This document shows, in pieces, positions 1 to 14,071 of a stretch of DNA of 64,000 bases. The translations under genes and the position numbers were made by a program. The notes under the pieces were generated by a model. It made no database searches, was not told where the DNA came from, and saw nothing but the letters and a program-made list of their open reading frames with translations. The stretch's first letter is position 1, and every line of letters starts with the position of its first letter. Source of the stretch: Styela clava (Eukaryota); contig NC_135261.1 in assembly GCF_964204865.1 (NCBI RefSeq), positions 11,346,001-11,410,000 on the forward strand, read 5' to 3'.

Positions 1-535
1 TTCTTGCAATAACATCATTGCATTATATGCATAAAGAATCTCCAGCGCAAATACATAATGGGAGGATAAGTACTAAGTAGTTAGTCTCACTTAAATTATA
101 GTATAGTAAAACTAATTACCAAATTTTCAACAAATTATAAGCGCATTGTCAATAAATAGATCGATCCATTTTTGAGTAAAAAAGGATATAAAGTGCATCT
201 TATGGTCTGTAAAATTTGGTAGTAACAAAAACATTTCATGTAGACTTAGCTTAAATCGCGTCATGATAATGAAATTTGATTCTGTAAAAGTTTAATGTAT
301 TTATCATGAAATTGTTCGTTATAAAAGTCCTTTTTATTTCAATCCAAGTATTTAGTTTCATCAATATTAAATTCACTTATGAATGATGTTCAATGATTTT
401 CGAATATATGAATTGCTGCTTTTCTTTGTAAGATGCGGTATCTATAACATATATGGCAGGCAAAAGTAACTAGGAACTACACAGAACTACACTAGACAGA
501 AGAAAATAACAATATCCATTTTTTTAATTCTCAAG

Positions 536-3500
536 AACTACAACAACATAACCACACTTTGAGGCAAAGATGTGAGTCCGTTGAAGTCGAGCTTGCCGAA
601 CAGAGACTACTGCATGCAACGGACCATGACCGATTATCTGACAGCGACGATGATGCAGATGGTAAGTTAATAAATTCTGTTTATAAAGATTCAGATCCAG
701 ATATTTATTTTTCGACGGGCAAAAACATTGTACATTCAAACAAATAGTAAAAACTAAATATATTCATTGAAAGAAAATCGTACAATATTTGAACTGCAAT
801 AGACGAGGGATCGCGGAAAGACTATCAAAAGTCATCATGTCAGCGACACCATTATAGAAGAAGATTAAGTCAAACAGTACAGAAGTAAATCAGCAAGTAA
901 ATTAGACCCAAATGTGTCTGAATCACAGTCGCAGTTTACACATCTCTATTTCAAAGTTCATGACTCCATCTCACCCAGAGTGTAATAAAATGAGTAGGCA
1001 ATGCCGAACCAAAAACAGCTTAGACTCCGTTATCATAATGAATGTCAACTCTGTCTCAAACTCGAGAGTCGTACTAACCAATGTGTATTATTTTATTTTT
1101 TCTTAGTGGCAGAATACAAGATGAGATTTGATAGATTGCGGAGGGAAGCGGAATTCAAGCATAAAAAAGAAGTCCAGGAATATGAAGAAAAAGTGGAACA
1201 AGCTGAAGCTGACAAGAAACATGCAGAAAAGAAGGTGAATTGACTTCAACTCAATTTTTTTGTTATGTTAAAAAAAAGATAATTGACAAAGTGAATTTGT
1301 GGGTCGTTTTGTTAATTGTTGTTAAGAAGAAACTGCCGCTCTCTGTAACTAATGAACAAATGAATTTGAAATTTCCAGTACTTTGAAGTAGAAGACGTCT
1401 CTAGAAGACTTTATTTTTCCCTTTTTTCCTGATATTTCACCCCAGATTTTTCTGTTTTTTAAAATTCATGGGCACATGTTCATGTGACATTTAGTACAAT
1501 TCTTTTCGCATTGACTTATTTGGACAGGAAAAGATAAGACGGCTCAATCATATGGCGAACCACCGCCTTTTGTCCTGTTACCAGTCCATGTTAGGCATGG
1601 GATCAGTTAGCCAGTTATTTATTTCTGATGCATGGACTTGATGGTGGAGGATGCCGTAACCGATCAACGTTTGAGTAAACCACCCCTGCGGCAGTGATGA
1701 GTCCAGCAATCCTATCCCATATAATTTTATCTTACGATATTCAGACCTGCGAACACACGCAGGATAATCAGGGTGTGATGACGAGCGTATTCCTAACGCT
1801 GACACTTATGAAGCCTTCTTTGTATTGAAGTTGCCAGACGCCTCATAGCTTAAACTTAACCCATTACATTATTCCTATAGCTTCATCAAATCCAAGAAGA
1901 CTTGGAAGAGCAAGAGAGACTCGTAAATCAACATAAACGTAAAGCACAGAGAACATTGGCTGAACTTAATGATGCAAGGATGCATCTTGAAGAAACTAAC
2001 ACTAAACATCACGAATTGGAAAAAAAGCAACGAAAGTATGTGAAACGTTGTGACACTTTTCTCTAGACAATTTAGTATTCAATCATGCGTCGGTGAAAAT
2101 CTATACACTGCTCTGACCAGAAATTTTGTCTTTGACTCGGCTCCTAATTTTAGATTGAAGAAATTTTGAATAATACAACACTTCCCAAGTCTGTGGAAAT
2201 CAAATTTTGACCACAGAAACTTTGAGTTATGCTAGCTTTTTTGAATCATCAGTTAAGATTGTATAGTCAAATACGTGCTTTTTTAACTTTGTTATATGTT
2301 TTTTAGATTCGACAGCGAATTATACGCAGTTCAAGCTGAATTAACAGAAATGAAAACAGCAAAAGATAGATTGCAACGGGAAAAAGATCAACTTTCAGTC
2401 GAAGTTTATACAAAGAAAAATATGCTAGATGTAATAATTTTATATCCTTCCTTATACGGGCCAACGATGCTCCTCAATTATTTTACCACCTATTTCCAAG
2501 AAGAAATTTTGTCAATAACATTTTATTTTAGATTGTTTACAAATATCACTTTCTATGTTGATAACTCGAGACAGTTTTTTCTGAAACTTCTTATTGAAAA
2601 ACATTTTGATTTTTATATGCAGTCAATTATGGGGCATACATGGAGCAGGATTGCTACCTGTACATGATCATGTATGCACCATACTAGGAGCAAATTCTGA
2701 ATTAGTTCCACTTCTTTGAAGCTGACCGCTTTTTGTGTAGCAAAATTTTCCGATATTCTCAAATTCTTTCATCTTGTCTTCATTCATTACAGATCAATAA
2801 TTTAGAGCTCAAAAGTATTTTGGTTGTGAACAGTCCTCTTTGTTTTCAGGAAAACACTGGCGATATTGAAGTATTGCAACACAAAATTGAAAGACTTGAA
2901 CAAGAGTTGGAAGAAACAACAGCTAAGGATTCAGAAGATGGTCAAATGGTGCGTTCAACTTTTAGTAAAATACAATTTGGGACATTTTTCATACAAAATT
3001 GTAATTGGATTGTGTCATATTTGCGAAGGATAAAAGCGAATAAAGTACTTTTCGAAATACATTATATGAAGGTTATTCATGCCTTTGCTCAGAATAAGGC
3101 ACTCCATAAGCAGTCAATATTAAGCATATGTAAGGTGCTGCTTTTTCAAAGGACTGGAATCTCTTTGGTTTCAAAAATTTAATATAGGCCATTTTGGTCA
3201 TACCTAAAGTGGACTAAAGGACTATTCTAAATTATATCCTGAATTTGAAAATTCAATTATCACATAATTAAATAAATAATTTTTATTTGATTTGAATATT
3301 TAAAATTGTGTTGTTCTTGTGGTACAATACTTGGTTTAGTTTTTCATAATGTTTCTAAGTGCAAAACTGGCAATCAGATATTTAGTTGGGTATTTGGTCA
3401 GAATCGAAATTATAATTTTATTTATCCATGCAAGACTTATTTATAATTCAACTATTCAACCATGCGTGATATTTTATTTCACAGTTGAACAGCTTGAAAA

Positions 3501-6500
3501 AGCAGAGAAGAGAATTAGAAGCAAAATTGAAGGATCAAGAAGAGGAATTAGATGAACAAGCAGGTCTGTATTTAAACGAAAAATTCACTCCACTGTACCC
3601 CCACACTAATTTTAGGTGTAAATTATTAATCCCTCGCAATCCGTTTTGCATAGTGCCATGTCTCTCTGTATTGGATTACCCAAGCATTAGGGCTGTCCAG
3701 ACGAATATTTGAAATCGAATCGAATCCCAAATTATTCGAATCGTTTTTCGGCTAATTTTCGAATCACTAAAATTGGGTACATAAAGCAGAGAAGGCTAAA
3801 AACCACCTTTGCAGGACGTTTTTCATGGACAAGCGGCGGCGCTTCGAGCTTCGACCACTCTTGCTCCTGGCTTAATTGGTTTCCCGATATTTCTCTCGCC
3901 TTCATTTTGCGATAAACATGTCATCCCTAATTTCATGCATGGTCAGCATAACTTAAAAAGTTATAATCGGTAATGACGTTTTTAAGAGAGAACAGGGAGA
4001 AAAGGGCAATTTAGAAAACGATAGTTCTATAAATAGAATCGATTTGAAGCTATTGAGTTAGTTATCATAGGAACATGGTACAGGCAAATTGAGACTGAAA
4101 CAGGTATTGTGGGATCCTTATGATGGTAATACTGTATTATTCATCTATTTACCAAGACGTATAATTGCACTCTTGCATTTTAATGGCTGTTGTACACTAA
4201 CAATATTATAGTCATCAAATAATATTGTCATCAAAATAGCTTCGAATTTGTTAAATGTAATTTTGAATTTGAGCAACAGTTTTATCTATATTAATGGCTG
4301 TTATCTAGTTTGCTGAAAATTACACAAAAAACAGAGTAGTAATAATTAAAATAGCATCTACAGGCTTTACATTATGCTCTATTAAGACTGAATCCATTAG
4401 AATTGCAAGAGAGTTAGAGTGCAATTTTTGAATTGTGCAATCTTCACTCTCAACACTCAGCAGTTTTCAAAACCCTGATTTTGGAGTCCTCCAATTTTTT
4501 TGACCAGTTCATATAAGAGTGCGATCTCCTTTCATAAATCTGAAAACATTGTATTCCAAAATACCATCATTAAGTCAGATGTAACTGCACATACGTTACC
4601 ACAACATCGAAGGACAGGCGTTTATTGTATGATAGAGACAGATTTAGGATTACACAATAATATTCAGTTATTCGGTTCGATTCGGCGAAAATATTCGATT
4701 CGAATAAAAAAATTATTCAATTTTAGACAGCCCTACCAAGCATGAAATATTTTCGACAATTGCCAATATTTTTATTTGTATATTATTTATTTAAGCAAGG
4801 ACGTGGATTCCAAAATGACGTCATCCTATTATACAAAGGAAGTGGGGGTGTGTGTTCTTAATACTAATTAGATGGTGATCATATAGATTGCTCTGTAGTA
4901 GTGCAATGGTTAAGCAATTTATTTGTAGTTTGTTTGTGGATTCTGCTCTGTGTTACTTAGATCGTTTGATATGCAGGTCAAATACAAATGTTACAACAAG
5001 CTAAAGAAAGATTGGAAATGACCACTGAACGAACTCGTCAACAACATTCTCGAGAAATGGATGGAAAAGAAGAGGAATTAGAAGAAATGAGAGTTTCATA
5101 CCAGAAAAAGGTGAATAATTTTTTGGTGTTTTTTTTTAGATTTTTGGGGCTAACGCACTATTTAAAAAAAAAAGATGTGAGCATATTAGGGGTGTGCTGA
5201 AACTGTTTGTTTTGGCCTTTTAGTTTGACAAGCAAGAATATAATAAAACTTCATCCTGGTAAAGAGAGAAATACTATAAAAACATATTTATAAGCCTAAT
5301 TTGATTAGTTTGTAATGAAAAGCTTGCTTACCAGTATGATGGAAGTAATAAACTATCTGTCTGTGACAATGCTAGTATGTACAAATCATTCTCCTTTGGT
5401 TTCTGACCGAGAACCTCAACAGCATAGTGTACGCAACTGACTATCTCCCGCAGCTGTAAGAGTTTTTACATTGTCATCCACCACTGGTTTTGAACCTGTA
5501 ATTTCTGAGTAACGATCATGGTTTTAATGCAGTGGTTCTCAAACTTTTTGTTCATGTGGTGTCGAATCATCAGGGAAAAACTCACGCTGCACCTACACAA
5601 AAAAAATTGCTGCCTTCAAATAAAACTAAATTTTGTGATCTCAATGTCTACTTTTCTTCTTCATCTCTGCTCGATTTTGGGAGCCGCTGTTCTGATGGTT
5701 CAATTGCGTTAACCAGTTATTTGACTAACCTTTATGAACCTCACGGAACCCGGTAACGAAAAATGTGTGCAATGAAGCATAGAAAGGAGATTATTAAGTT
5801 CTAATTAATTTTCTAGATCAAGCATCTAGAAAACCAATTAGAAGAGGAAGAAGAAGAAAGATCTGCTGCTATGAAAGGCAGAAGAGAATTGGAACAACAA
5901 CTCGCTGAGTTTAAAAACAAACAACCTTTTGCAAAACGAGATGCAGAAGCTGAGAAAAGGTTTAATCAACTCAAGATTTTCACAATCCTAAATATTACCT
6001 CATAATAATATGTCTCATCTGAGCTGTCCCCAATAATCCAAGAGTAGTGTTTAACTGTGTTACGATGTAATAATTTGTTGTTTCATTTTCAAATTTTTCT
6101 TCCTGAAGGTTGAGAAAAGATTTGAAACGATACAAAGCATTGCTGGACGATGCACAAACAATGATCGATCATTTGAAGACAGATGCCGTCAATAAACAAC
6201 AATTAAAACAAATGAGAGCTCAGGTATGTAGTTTGACAAAACTGACATAGTCTTTATAGTCCCTGTGTAGTTATTTTGGGGATAATTAGACTGAAACCAT
6301 ATTATGATTTTACGTTTTGTTACACTGCACACAGAACTGTACCAATTGCTAGGAAATTTTCAGTGGTTAAAGATCGTATTTTTCTCCAAAAGGCTATTAC
6401 TTTTATTTATTCGAAATTTTTCTGTTTTTCCTTCTGTTTAGTTGGAAGAGTCGCAATATACTTGTTCAAATGCAGTCAAAGCAAGAAAAGCAATTGAACT

Positions 6501-9500
6501 TGAGCTTGAAGATGTGCAGGCACAATTGGAAGAAATATCAAAAGCAAAACAAGAGGTAAAAACTACTCTCTTTTATATTTATAACATAGGATTCTTTTGC
6601 TTTTCATTCACCTACAATTCAAGCTACAATCCATGAAATACCTGTTTGTTCCACAAGCACTGTAGATAGTATCGTGATTAGAAATGTCCAAGAGAAGTTT
6701 TAATTTAATATGAAAATAGTGTGTCCGAGATCTAAAAAGTTCCAAAACTTGGCATATGACATCATTAGTCAGCTAAATATAATTAGGAATCAATGTTAAT
6801 AGCAAACTAGAATTCTAAGATACCGTACCACTTACAATTGACTCCCTTCATAAGAATGTTCTTCTATTATCTGTGGTCGCCTTCATTTATCTTTTTTCTT
6901 AGATGTATAGTTCAAAGTTTTTCTTTTATCGATTTAATAACTTCTGTTAGAATATTCTGCGTGTCATCGCTCCCTAACCATTACTGGAATTTTTGTATCT
7001 CCTTTTTCCTGAGGTGCTGTTTTTTAGTTCATTTCTGAACTCTGTATGAACGTTTTGCATTTTTCATGTGGCGGAGTTTTTTTTTTGCATCTCACTACAA
7101 ACTGAAATACCATTTCTGCTTCATTTTTTATATTTCTTTGTGTACATCATATATTTTCAGTATGATGAAACAAATAAAATAATATTTACTCATTCTCAAA
7201 TTTTATTCAGGCCGAAGCAAAGATCAGCGTTTTGCAACGAGAAAAGAACGAACTTAATTCTCGAATAGAGGAAGATGACGATGATGCAAAAGAACTTGCA
7301 AGAAAATATAAAAATCTTGTCAACCAACAATGTGAAGATAGGAAAGAAATTGTTGAACTTAATTCACAAATGGATGATCATAAAAGAGAAAAAGAAATGC
7401 TCAATGAAAAGGTATATTATAATCTTTTTCAATGAAATATGGAAAACAGAAGTCTACCTTTTTTTCTGGTATTTTAGGATTTATCACTGTAAAAATAAAT
7501 TTATTTTGACTTCATAATCAGCATAAAAGACGTTAAAATAATTGATAAAAACAAAATAAATAAAACTGAGTACAGAATCACGAAAGCAAACAAAACCTTA
7601 AGTAAGATTTGAAACATACAGCATTTAGATTGAAAGGTGACGTTAAAAGTATTGGCACTTGTTCGCTCACCCAAAAGTATTAAGTTAATTAGAACATGCA
7701 CACACACATACATTCAATCAATCACGAAGACAAAATAAAATTAGACATGATATATTACGGTACTTAAAAAAAATATACAAACAAAATAAAAAACAGAAAA
7801 TAAAATTTTGCCACAGCATATTGATAATTTTACAAGGATTGCCAAATTGGATACCGATTAGTTAACAGGAGTGAAATGAATATTTTTAATACACTTCTAA
7901 AAGGGTCTTACAGTTCCAGCAAATCATATTCTACGAAGTAAATTTTTATATTTTTTTTCTTAGATTTTAACTCTTCAAAGTCAGCTGGAATACTTGCAAG
8001 ATAATACGACAGATAAATCGAATGTTATGAGACTCGAATCTAAAGTACGAGATTTGGACACAAAATTAGATTTTGAGAAAACGTCATCAAGAAGATTAGA
8101 GGTAGGTTAAAGTTTTTCCCAAAATATTCTCAGTTCTACACTTTTAATGTAGGAGTAATTATTGTTAGATTTTGATGAAGTGTATATTTTAGTGTATATT
8201 ATTTGAAGATTTATCGAATGAAATGTGTAAAATTTGTTGTCAGATTATAATTTGGATGTTTTTGAGATCTAAAAATATGACATTTTTGATCTGTCTTATT
8301 GGCTTTGCTCTCACCATAATAAATATGCGACTCCTATTCTACCCTTTTTTCTCTTGACGGACTTTGATAATAATCTTTTTTGATTAAGTATGATCAGCAA
8401 ATTTCGTATTAGTGTTGACTGGAAGCAACTCTTAATTATTCAGAAAAATGGCCTAATGCATTTTTATCATCATTCTTATCCTTCTCTAAGGTGCAACTTG
8501 AAAGATCTAAAGATCAAGTAGACAAACTACAGAGTGAGAGGGATTCACAGGCTGCAAGTGAACATAGAGAGAAAGAACAATGTAAAAGACTTCAGAAACA
8601 ATTACGAGATGCTAAAGATGAACAATCTGATATTCTGAAACGGGAGCAAGAGGCTTTGCAGAAACAACATGAATTGGTGAGTGGGGTCAAAATCGTTTTT
8701 TTGTCATTTTTGAATCTTAGAATCAGAGACTGTAACCTCTGCTCTTTTTTTCTTTTACTTGCAACAAACTGTTTAAATTTTTCGACAATTTTTATTCACG
8801 AAAATTTAAAACAGACACAAACAGATTGGCAATCAATACCGCTAAATATGTTACTGCGTCTTTATGATTTCAATTGTATTTTGTAGGTAATATGCAAAAC
8901 TTTCATTATGATTTAGAAAAGTTAGGCTCAAACGATTAGGGCAAATTTTCAGTGATTCTAGTTAAAACATAACTTTTCTATATCTCTCCGTTTTACGCTC
9001 TCTTGATTACTTGATCACTTTTGGCGGGCTAAAAAAATCGTTGTACAACATAAGATTTACGCATTATGCTAAGAGTTAGGAGTACGCATGTCAACACATC
9101 CTCTGGTTACCCTGCGTGGGACATAGACTCGAGGCCGTGGTTTGCCATATGATTGAGCCATCTTATCTATTTCCTCTCCACTGGGATAAAATTGTTAATC
9201 CAATTCTATCCTAAGTAAACTCTAATTAATTAAAATATATTATTGTAATTCTGAATTCATCAATCTGATTCATCTTAATCAAGAAAATTTATTTAAAATT
9301 TTGTTGATAATTTTAGTTTTATTTCAATTTTAGGAACTTGAAGTCATGGAATACGTGAATCAAAATGAAAGTTTACAAGCTGATTTGAAACTTGCATTCA
9401 AGAGGATATCAGATTTACAGGTACAGGATATCATTATTTGTGAGAAAAGAGTATAGAGTATTGTTATACTATTGATTTTACTTTAATACAGTAATGTAAA

Positions 9501-12500
9501 AATTCAAAGATACGTATCCTATATCCGACATGGACTGGTAACCGGACAATAGGCAGTGGTTCGCCATTTGATTGAGCCTTCTTATCCTTTTTTCACTTTT
9601 CCGAGATAATTATGTAAATCCTAGTACTGGCAGTACTCAGTACGAATGTTTGAAATGACTGCAATCTTTCTGATTCAATATGTTCTACCTGATTGGGTGG
9701 GTGGGGTAACCACTTTGGATAAACTTGGAACTTGATACCTTTAACTTGCAAACATAGTAAACACCTGTAACTTGCCACACATGACAACACATATTCTACA
9801 ACTTTGCAGATTGCGTTCGAAGACTTAGAAGATTCTGACATGGAGGGATTCTCGGGATCTGACAATTCAGACTCTGATTCAGATGATGGTGGGGGAAGTA
9901 GAATATCCTCTTCCTGGAAAAAAAATAGAGTACCAAGATCCAGAGTCGCGGGAGGATCAGTGTCAACATCATCCGTATTATCCAGTAAACATAGCATCGC
10001 TTCAGAGGATGATTTTGCATACAGGTAAATATCCTATAACTTCAACATATTCTTAGCTATATGGATTATTGCCTCTTGCAAGGGTATGCAAGCAAGATTT
10101 ACAACAGTTAGGTAGAATTTTTTCTTGGCAATGCCTTTCTTTCTCATATTCGCACAATTTTATCCATGGCTGTTTTGACATTTTTAAAATATTTGCACTG
10201 AGTGCTCATATGCTCTAATTTGAGAGTATATGACCTTGTTCAGAAGTGGCATTGTTGTAAATTACTGCTTAAAGAAAAAAGCTTTTTATGAAAAGATGGA
10301 ACATCTACTTATGCTTCAACTTGGTGTTTAATTTAAAATGAGATATCATACAAAGTATTTAGATACTCGTCTCCCTAATTCCAAGATAACGATATACTAA
10401 GTGGAATAAAATAGAATTGCTGTATGCAGGTAGCTGCCTTTGGTTGAAGTAGGGATCTTCTTCTTTTTTATATCTGTATAATATTTGCTTCTTTGCACTA
10501 ATCTTCCTGAAACCATTTTCCTTCTCTTTCATGTCTTTCTTTTTCCACCTCTTCGACTCTCTCCTTTCTCCATCTGGATTTCACCTTCAACTAGAAGAAG
10601 AAAACGAGCTCCTTCACCAGATGAAAGTAAGTTTTCTGACAGCAGCACGTCCACCGTTCGAAGTTTCGAAAAAGAAACAGAAAAGGAGAGAAAAGAAAGA
10701 GCTAGAAAGACAAGGAAAAAGCTTTTGAAGGAGTTGAAATACGTTAAAACGAATGGTGAATCGCCCAAAGATTTTTCAGACATTTTATCACACCGAACAG
10801 CTTCTGTAGTTGGCGGAGCTGTCAGTATTGCAGAAGACTTCGCAAAAGAGTCAGATATGAGCGGGCGTTCCACTGTCATGAGCAAAATGAGTTTCGGCTT
10901 CACTGCTGGTGTAAAAGACACCATGTCACTCTGTGGGGATTTAGCTAATGACGACATAGACTTTGATTCTGTCAGCATGCCTGATATGTCTGCAAGACCA
11001 AGTTCTGCAATGGGAACTGGAGGAAAATATGAATCAGGAACGAAAAGCAGAATATTGTCCAGAGTTGGTAAAGCCGGAGGCAGGAATGCAATTAAATTAG
11101 AGTTGGATAGAATGAGTAAAACATTAGCTGATGAAGATCCATCTGTCTTATTGTATTCAAGCCCCGCAGATATTTCAGGCAAATTGGGCCTTGGAAAAAC
11201 AAGATCATTTCGAGCTCTGAATGAAAATATAATGGCGGTGAAATCAAGACAAAATCTTCCAGAAAAACAGAAAAAGAAATTAGCGATTGTTGATAAAGTC
11301 AACAGTGACATCTCAACAATGAAAGAAGATCTCACATTAGAAAAAATATCTGGCCGAAGAAGCATTGATTTCGCTAAACGCCGTGAATCGAGGGAGTCAT
11401 TTGGAAGCAGCGGCGAGCAAGATGACGCTTGTTCATTATTCAGCACTTCAAGCGGATCGTCTAAAATTTCTGCAGAATCCTTATCAACCCGAAATCGGAA
11501 TTTCAGTGTGCAGTCAGAAGCAGCTATGGGCAGAGTTTCAATGGGCAATTCATATATGGATTATGCTGGCGATAATCAACTCGATGATTATAATAGCGTT
11601 GACACACTTACAAGAGGTCGTCCATCCTCTAGAAACTTCTCAAGAACTGATGCCGATTTGTCTGAAATTCAGGTTCCTCGGAGAAGCAGATTTTTGAAAG
11701 ATTTTAATTTTGGCACAAGCAGTCAAGTAGATATGAGATCTGCAAATTCAAAAATAAGACAGAAGTCGAGGAATTTTAATAATGATGAAGATTCTTACTA
11801 TACGGATGGGGAATATACCATCCCTACTCGCATTGATCGACGAAGAACAACCTCGGCATCACATGGATTCGATCAAAACGATTTCTCTGGATCAATTTCA
11901 AATTTAAGGCTGTCTCGAAAAACAGGAAACTTCGATTTTGATTCATGGTCTGATTTAGACGAAGATTATAGCAAAAGTTCTCCGATTCGGACCTCTTCAA
12001 GAATGTCTGGTAGAAATCCACAATCTGCGAAACGAATCTCTCCACGTGATGTGTCAAAATACCTTGGGTCTGTCATAGGTAGCCGCTCATCAGGATCTTG
12101 GGAAAGCGACAATCGCTCAAATAATAGTTTCGATGACGACGATGTTAGTTTGTCACAATATGGTATTGACGATAACAATTTTGATCATTCAGATATCCAG
12201 CCTACACGACAAACTAGCAGACGATCATTTAGTCAACAGAAGATAGTTGGTACCAGAAGCAACCATGGCATGAATATGATGCCACGCATGCTAAATGTCA
12301 GACCAAACAGTAAATCTGGTCAACGATTTGATTATGAAGATGTTGGATCCCCTCACGAACGAGGTCGCTCAGTTTCTCGCACAGGCAGAGATAATTTTCG
12401 GTCCGCATCAGCTGCTTCATTTCAACAACGTGGCATGTCAGTAGATGCTCGCTCACAACAATCAGCTGCTGTTAGAACAAGAAGTTCGTCAAGGTCTGGA

Positions 12501-13174
12501 ACTCGAACTCGCATGCAAGAGCGCACGGCACCTGACACTACAACTCTTGATGATAGTGACATCAGTATTGATAGCATCATCAGCAAATATCTATATAAAA
12601 CATGATGGCACTTTACATGGATGTGCATTTCTTTTTAGCAAAATCTCTATCTGTTGTACATATTACTTTCTTTCTTTCTTTGTCTTTCTGCAGCCTTTGT
12701 ATGTAAATTTCCAGTTTACTATCATGATCTTCTATCTCCTAACTTCTTATTTAACAAAAGGTGAATAGAATTTATTTTTTTATTTTAGTATCTAGATACG
12801 CATTGAGTATTTTTTCACCGTTAAGACTTTAGATAGAACTCTTGACTTTTAGTTGGCTATGCCAAGGACCTAGTAGAGGTCCATTGTTGTTAAATATTCT
12901 TGTTGAGTGTTTCATACCTTTGCTTTAGGACCCTGTTTTACAAAAGCGCATTTCAAGTAATAGAAGTATACAACCCAGCCCTTTTAATGTTTAGTTAATT
13001 GACTTAAGGAATAACATCTCTTTGCATAAAATAGCAAGTGTATTCATTTCAATTTGAATTTTATCTCATTTTTACAGATCAAGAAAATATTCTGACAGCT
13101 CGGATAAATCGTCAGAGCATTCCGCTGTTGTCGCACCTACTTTCACTAAGCATGATTCAGATGAAGATATTTAA
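536..13174 (+). CDS. MYO18: Unconventional myosin XVIII (MYO18A/B-like), 3' coiled-coil tail exons, short-terminal-exon isoform; 5' part lies outside the window
   Basis: GT-AG exons joined in frame: 536-661, 1107-1234, 1881-2035, 2307-2430, 2850-2948, 3485-3563, 4977-5110, 5817-5959, 6109-6223, 6442-6555, 7211-7411, 7964-8101, 8491-8676, 9334-9420, 9810-10024, 13078-13174 (TAA 13172-13174). Translation has MYO18-tail signature peptides: [98 protein letters not shown]. The acceptor of the first exon is least certain. Confidence 0.93.
1525..1860 (-). mobile_element. Degenerate copy of the tRNA-derived SINE family (MYO18 intron)
   Basis: Shares GATAAGACGGCT..CATATGGCGAACCAC, GCATGGACTTG.TGGTGGAGG and ACCTGCGAAC...GAGCGTATT.CTAACGCT blocks with the SINE at 28172-28510. 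Boundaries approximate. Confidence 0.7.
3688..4735. mobile_element. Non-autonomous hAT DNA transposon (MITE-like, 1048 bp)
   Basis: TIRs TAGGGCTGTC / GACAGCCCTA; perfect 8-bp TSD CCAAGCAT (3680-3687 and 4736-4743); clustered subterminal CGAAT/ATTCG motifs at both ends; no transposase ORF. Confidence 0.9.
5530..5600 (+). mobile_element. hAT-Charlie-like terminus fragment
   Basis: CAGTGGTTCTCAAACTTTT is a typical Charlie-type end. No partner TIR or TSD found. Confidence 0.4.
9050..9212 (+). mobile_element. Internally deleted SINE copy
   Basis: GAGGCCGTGGTTTGCCATATGATTGAGCCATCTTATC...GGGATAAA...CTATCC matches the 3' end of the 28172-28510 SINE in the opposite orientation. Confidence 0.65.
9520..9625 (+). 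mobile_element. SINE 3' fragment
   Basis: GGTAACCGGAC..AGGCAGTGGTTCGCCATTTGATTGAGCC.TCTTATC...GTAAATCCTA matches the SINE 3' region. Confidence 0.6.
10595..12605 (+). CDS. MYO18: MYO18 alternative terminal exon, ~670 aa Ser/Arg/Asp-rich low-complexity tail
   Basis: 2-kb stop-free ORF in AT-rich DNA. A long pyrimidine tract (~10457-10590) precedes acceptor ctAG (10593-10594). Phase 2 matches the donor of exon 9810-10024 (AG|A = Arg). Ends [20 protein letters not shown]. Confidence 0.8.
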
Positions 13175-14065
13175 CCATGAAAAACTATGAGCTTTTCAAT
13201 TATATTCCTTCTGTCAAGCATGAGTTTAGGGTATTTGATTGCGTAACCATGCTCAGCTGTGTATGTTCAAACGTATCAACCTGAATTTTCTTTTTTGCTC
13301 ATCTAAATATAAGCGTAACATCTTATTTTATCAAAAATCTTTCTAAAAATTTAATTGAAATTTATTCATATTATTATTACTTTCTAACGTCACCATTAGA
13401 TGATTTTAACATGATTTTCTCATGAATCTATTGTTTGTGTTTGCTAGAATTTTATACCAAAATATTTTGATTTTACTTTTTTGTCAGTGATATTATTTTT
13501 GTGCTTTGGCAATGAGTTTCTCGAAATTCGTATAACTGTTATTAAATAATTTTTCATAGTATAGATACGTGACTAAAATACAGCATCAATTTGGCTGGTA
13601 AAATGAATGCTTCTGCCTTAAAAACGTATTATCAGCTTCATGAAACAGTATCAACTATTCATAAATTAACTGTTTTTTGTTTAAACAAATCATTTGTGTA
13701 TATGCACGTACCGTAAATTTATTTTTTCATAGTTCGGGGTGAAAAAGTTCTCTGATTTTGGGCACACCGGCTTAGAAGACGCACAATCGATTTTAGATAA
13801 AATTGAATTTTGAAGCACACCTTATTTATGGTCCTTAAAATACGGTGCTTTGATGACATTGTGTCCAATGCATTATACAATCACATAAACTTCATAGTGA
13901 TTTTATTTTAATAGGTTATTCTTGCCTTATTCTTTAAAATTTAGTGATGTGTGATCAGTCTACTTTGAATTTAGATGAAAATATTAAAATTGTGGTTTGG
14001 ATTGATTAGTAGTTTTTAAATTTTACAACATAATCATAATTTTTTGAACTTTGTCAAGATTTTTC

Positions 14066-14071
14066 AATAAA
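14066..14071 (+). terminator. Candidate polyadenylation signal of MYO18
   Basis: AATAAA ~890 nt after the short-isoform stop, in an AT-rich 3' UTR-like stretch. No transcript evidence. Confidence 0.35.

Noticed and set aside
10485-10594. Hydrophobic N-terminus of the 706-aa ORF as the signal peptide of a separate gene
   Set aside because: It is the translated polypyrimidine tract; the start codon is TTG, and a phase-matched acceptor follows.
10529-11548. 339-aa antisense ORF
   Set aside because: Lies entirely opposite the long MYO18 exon; has no recognisable motifs and is best explained as a shadow ORF.
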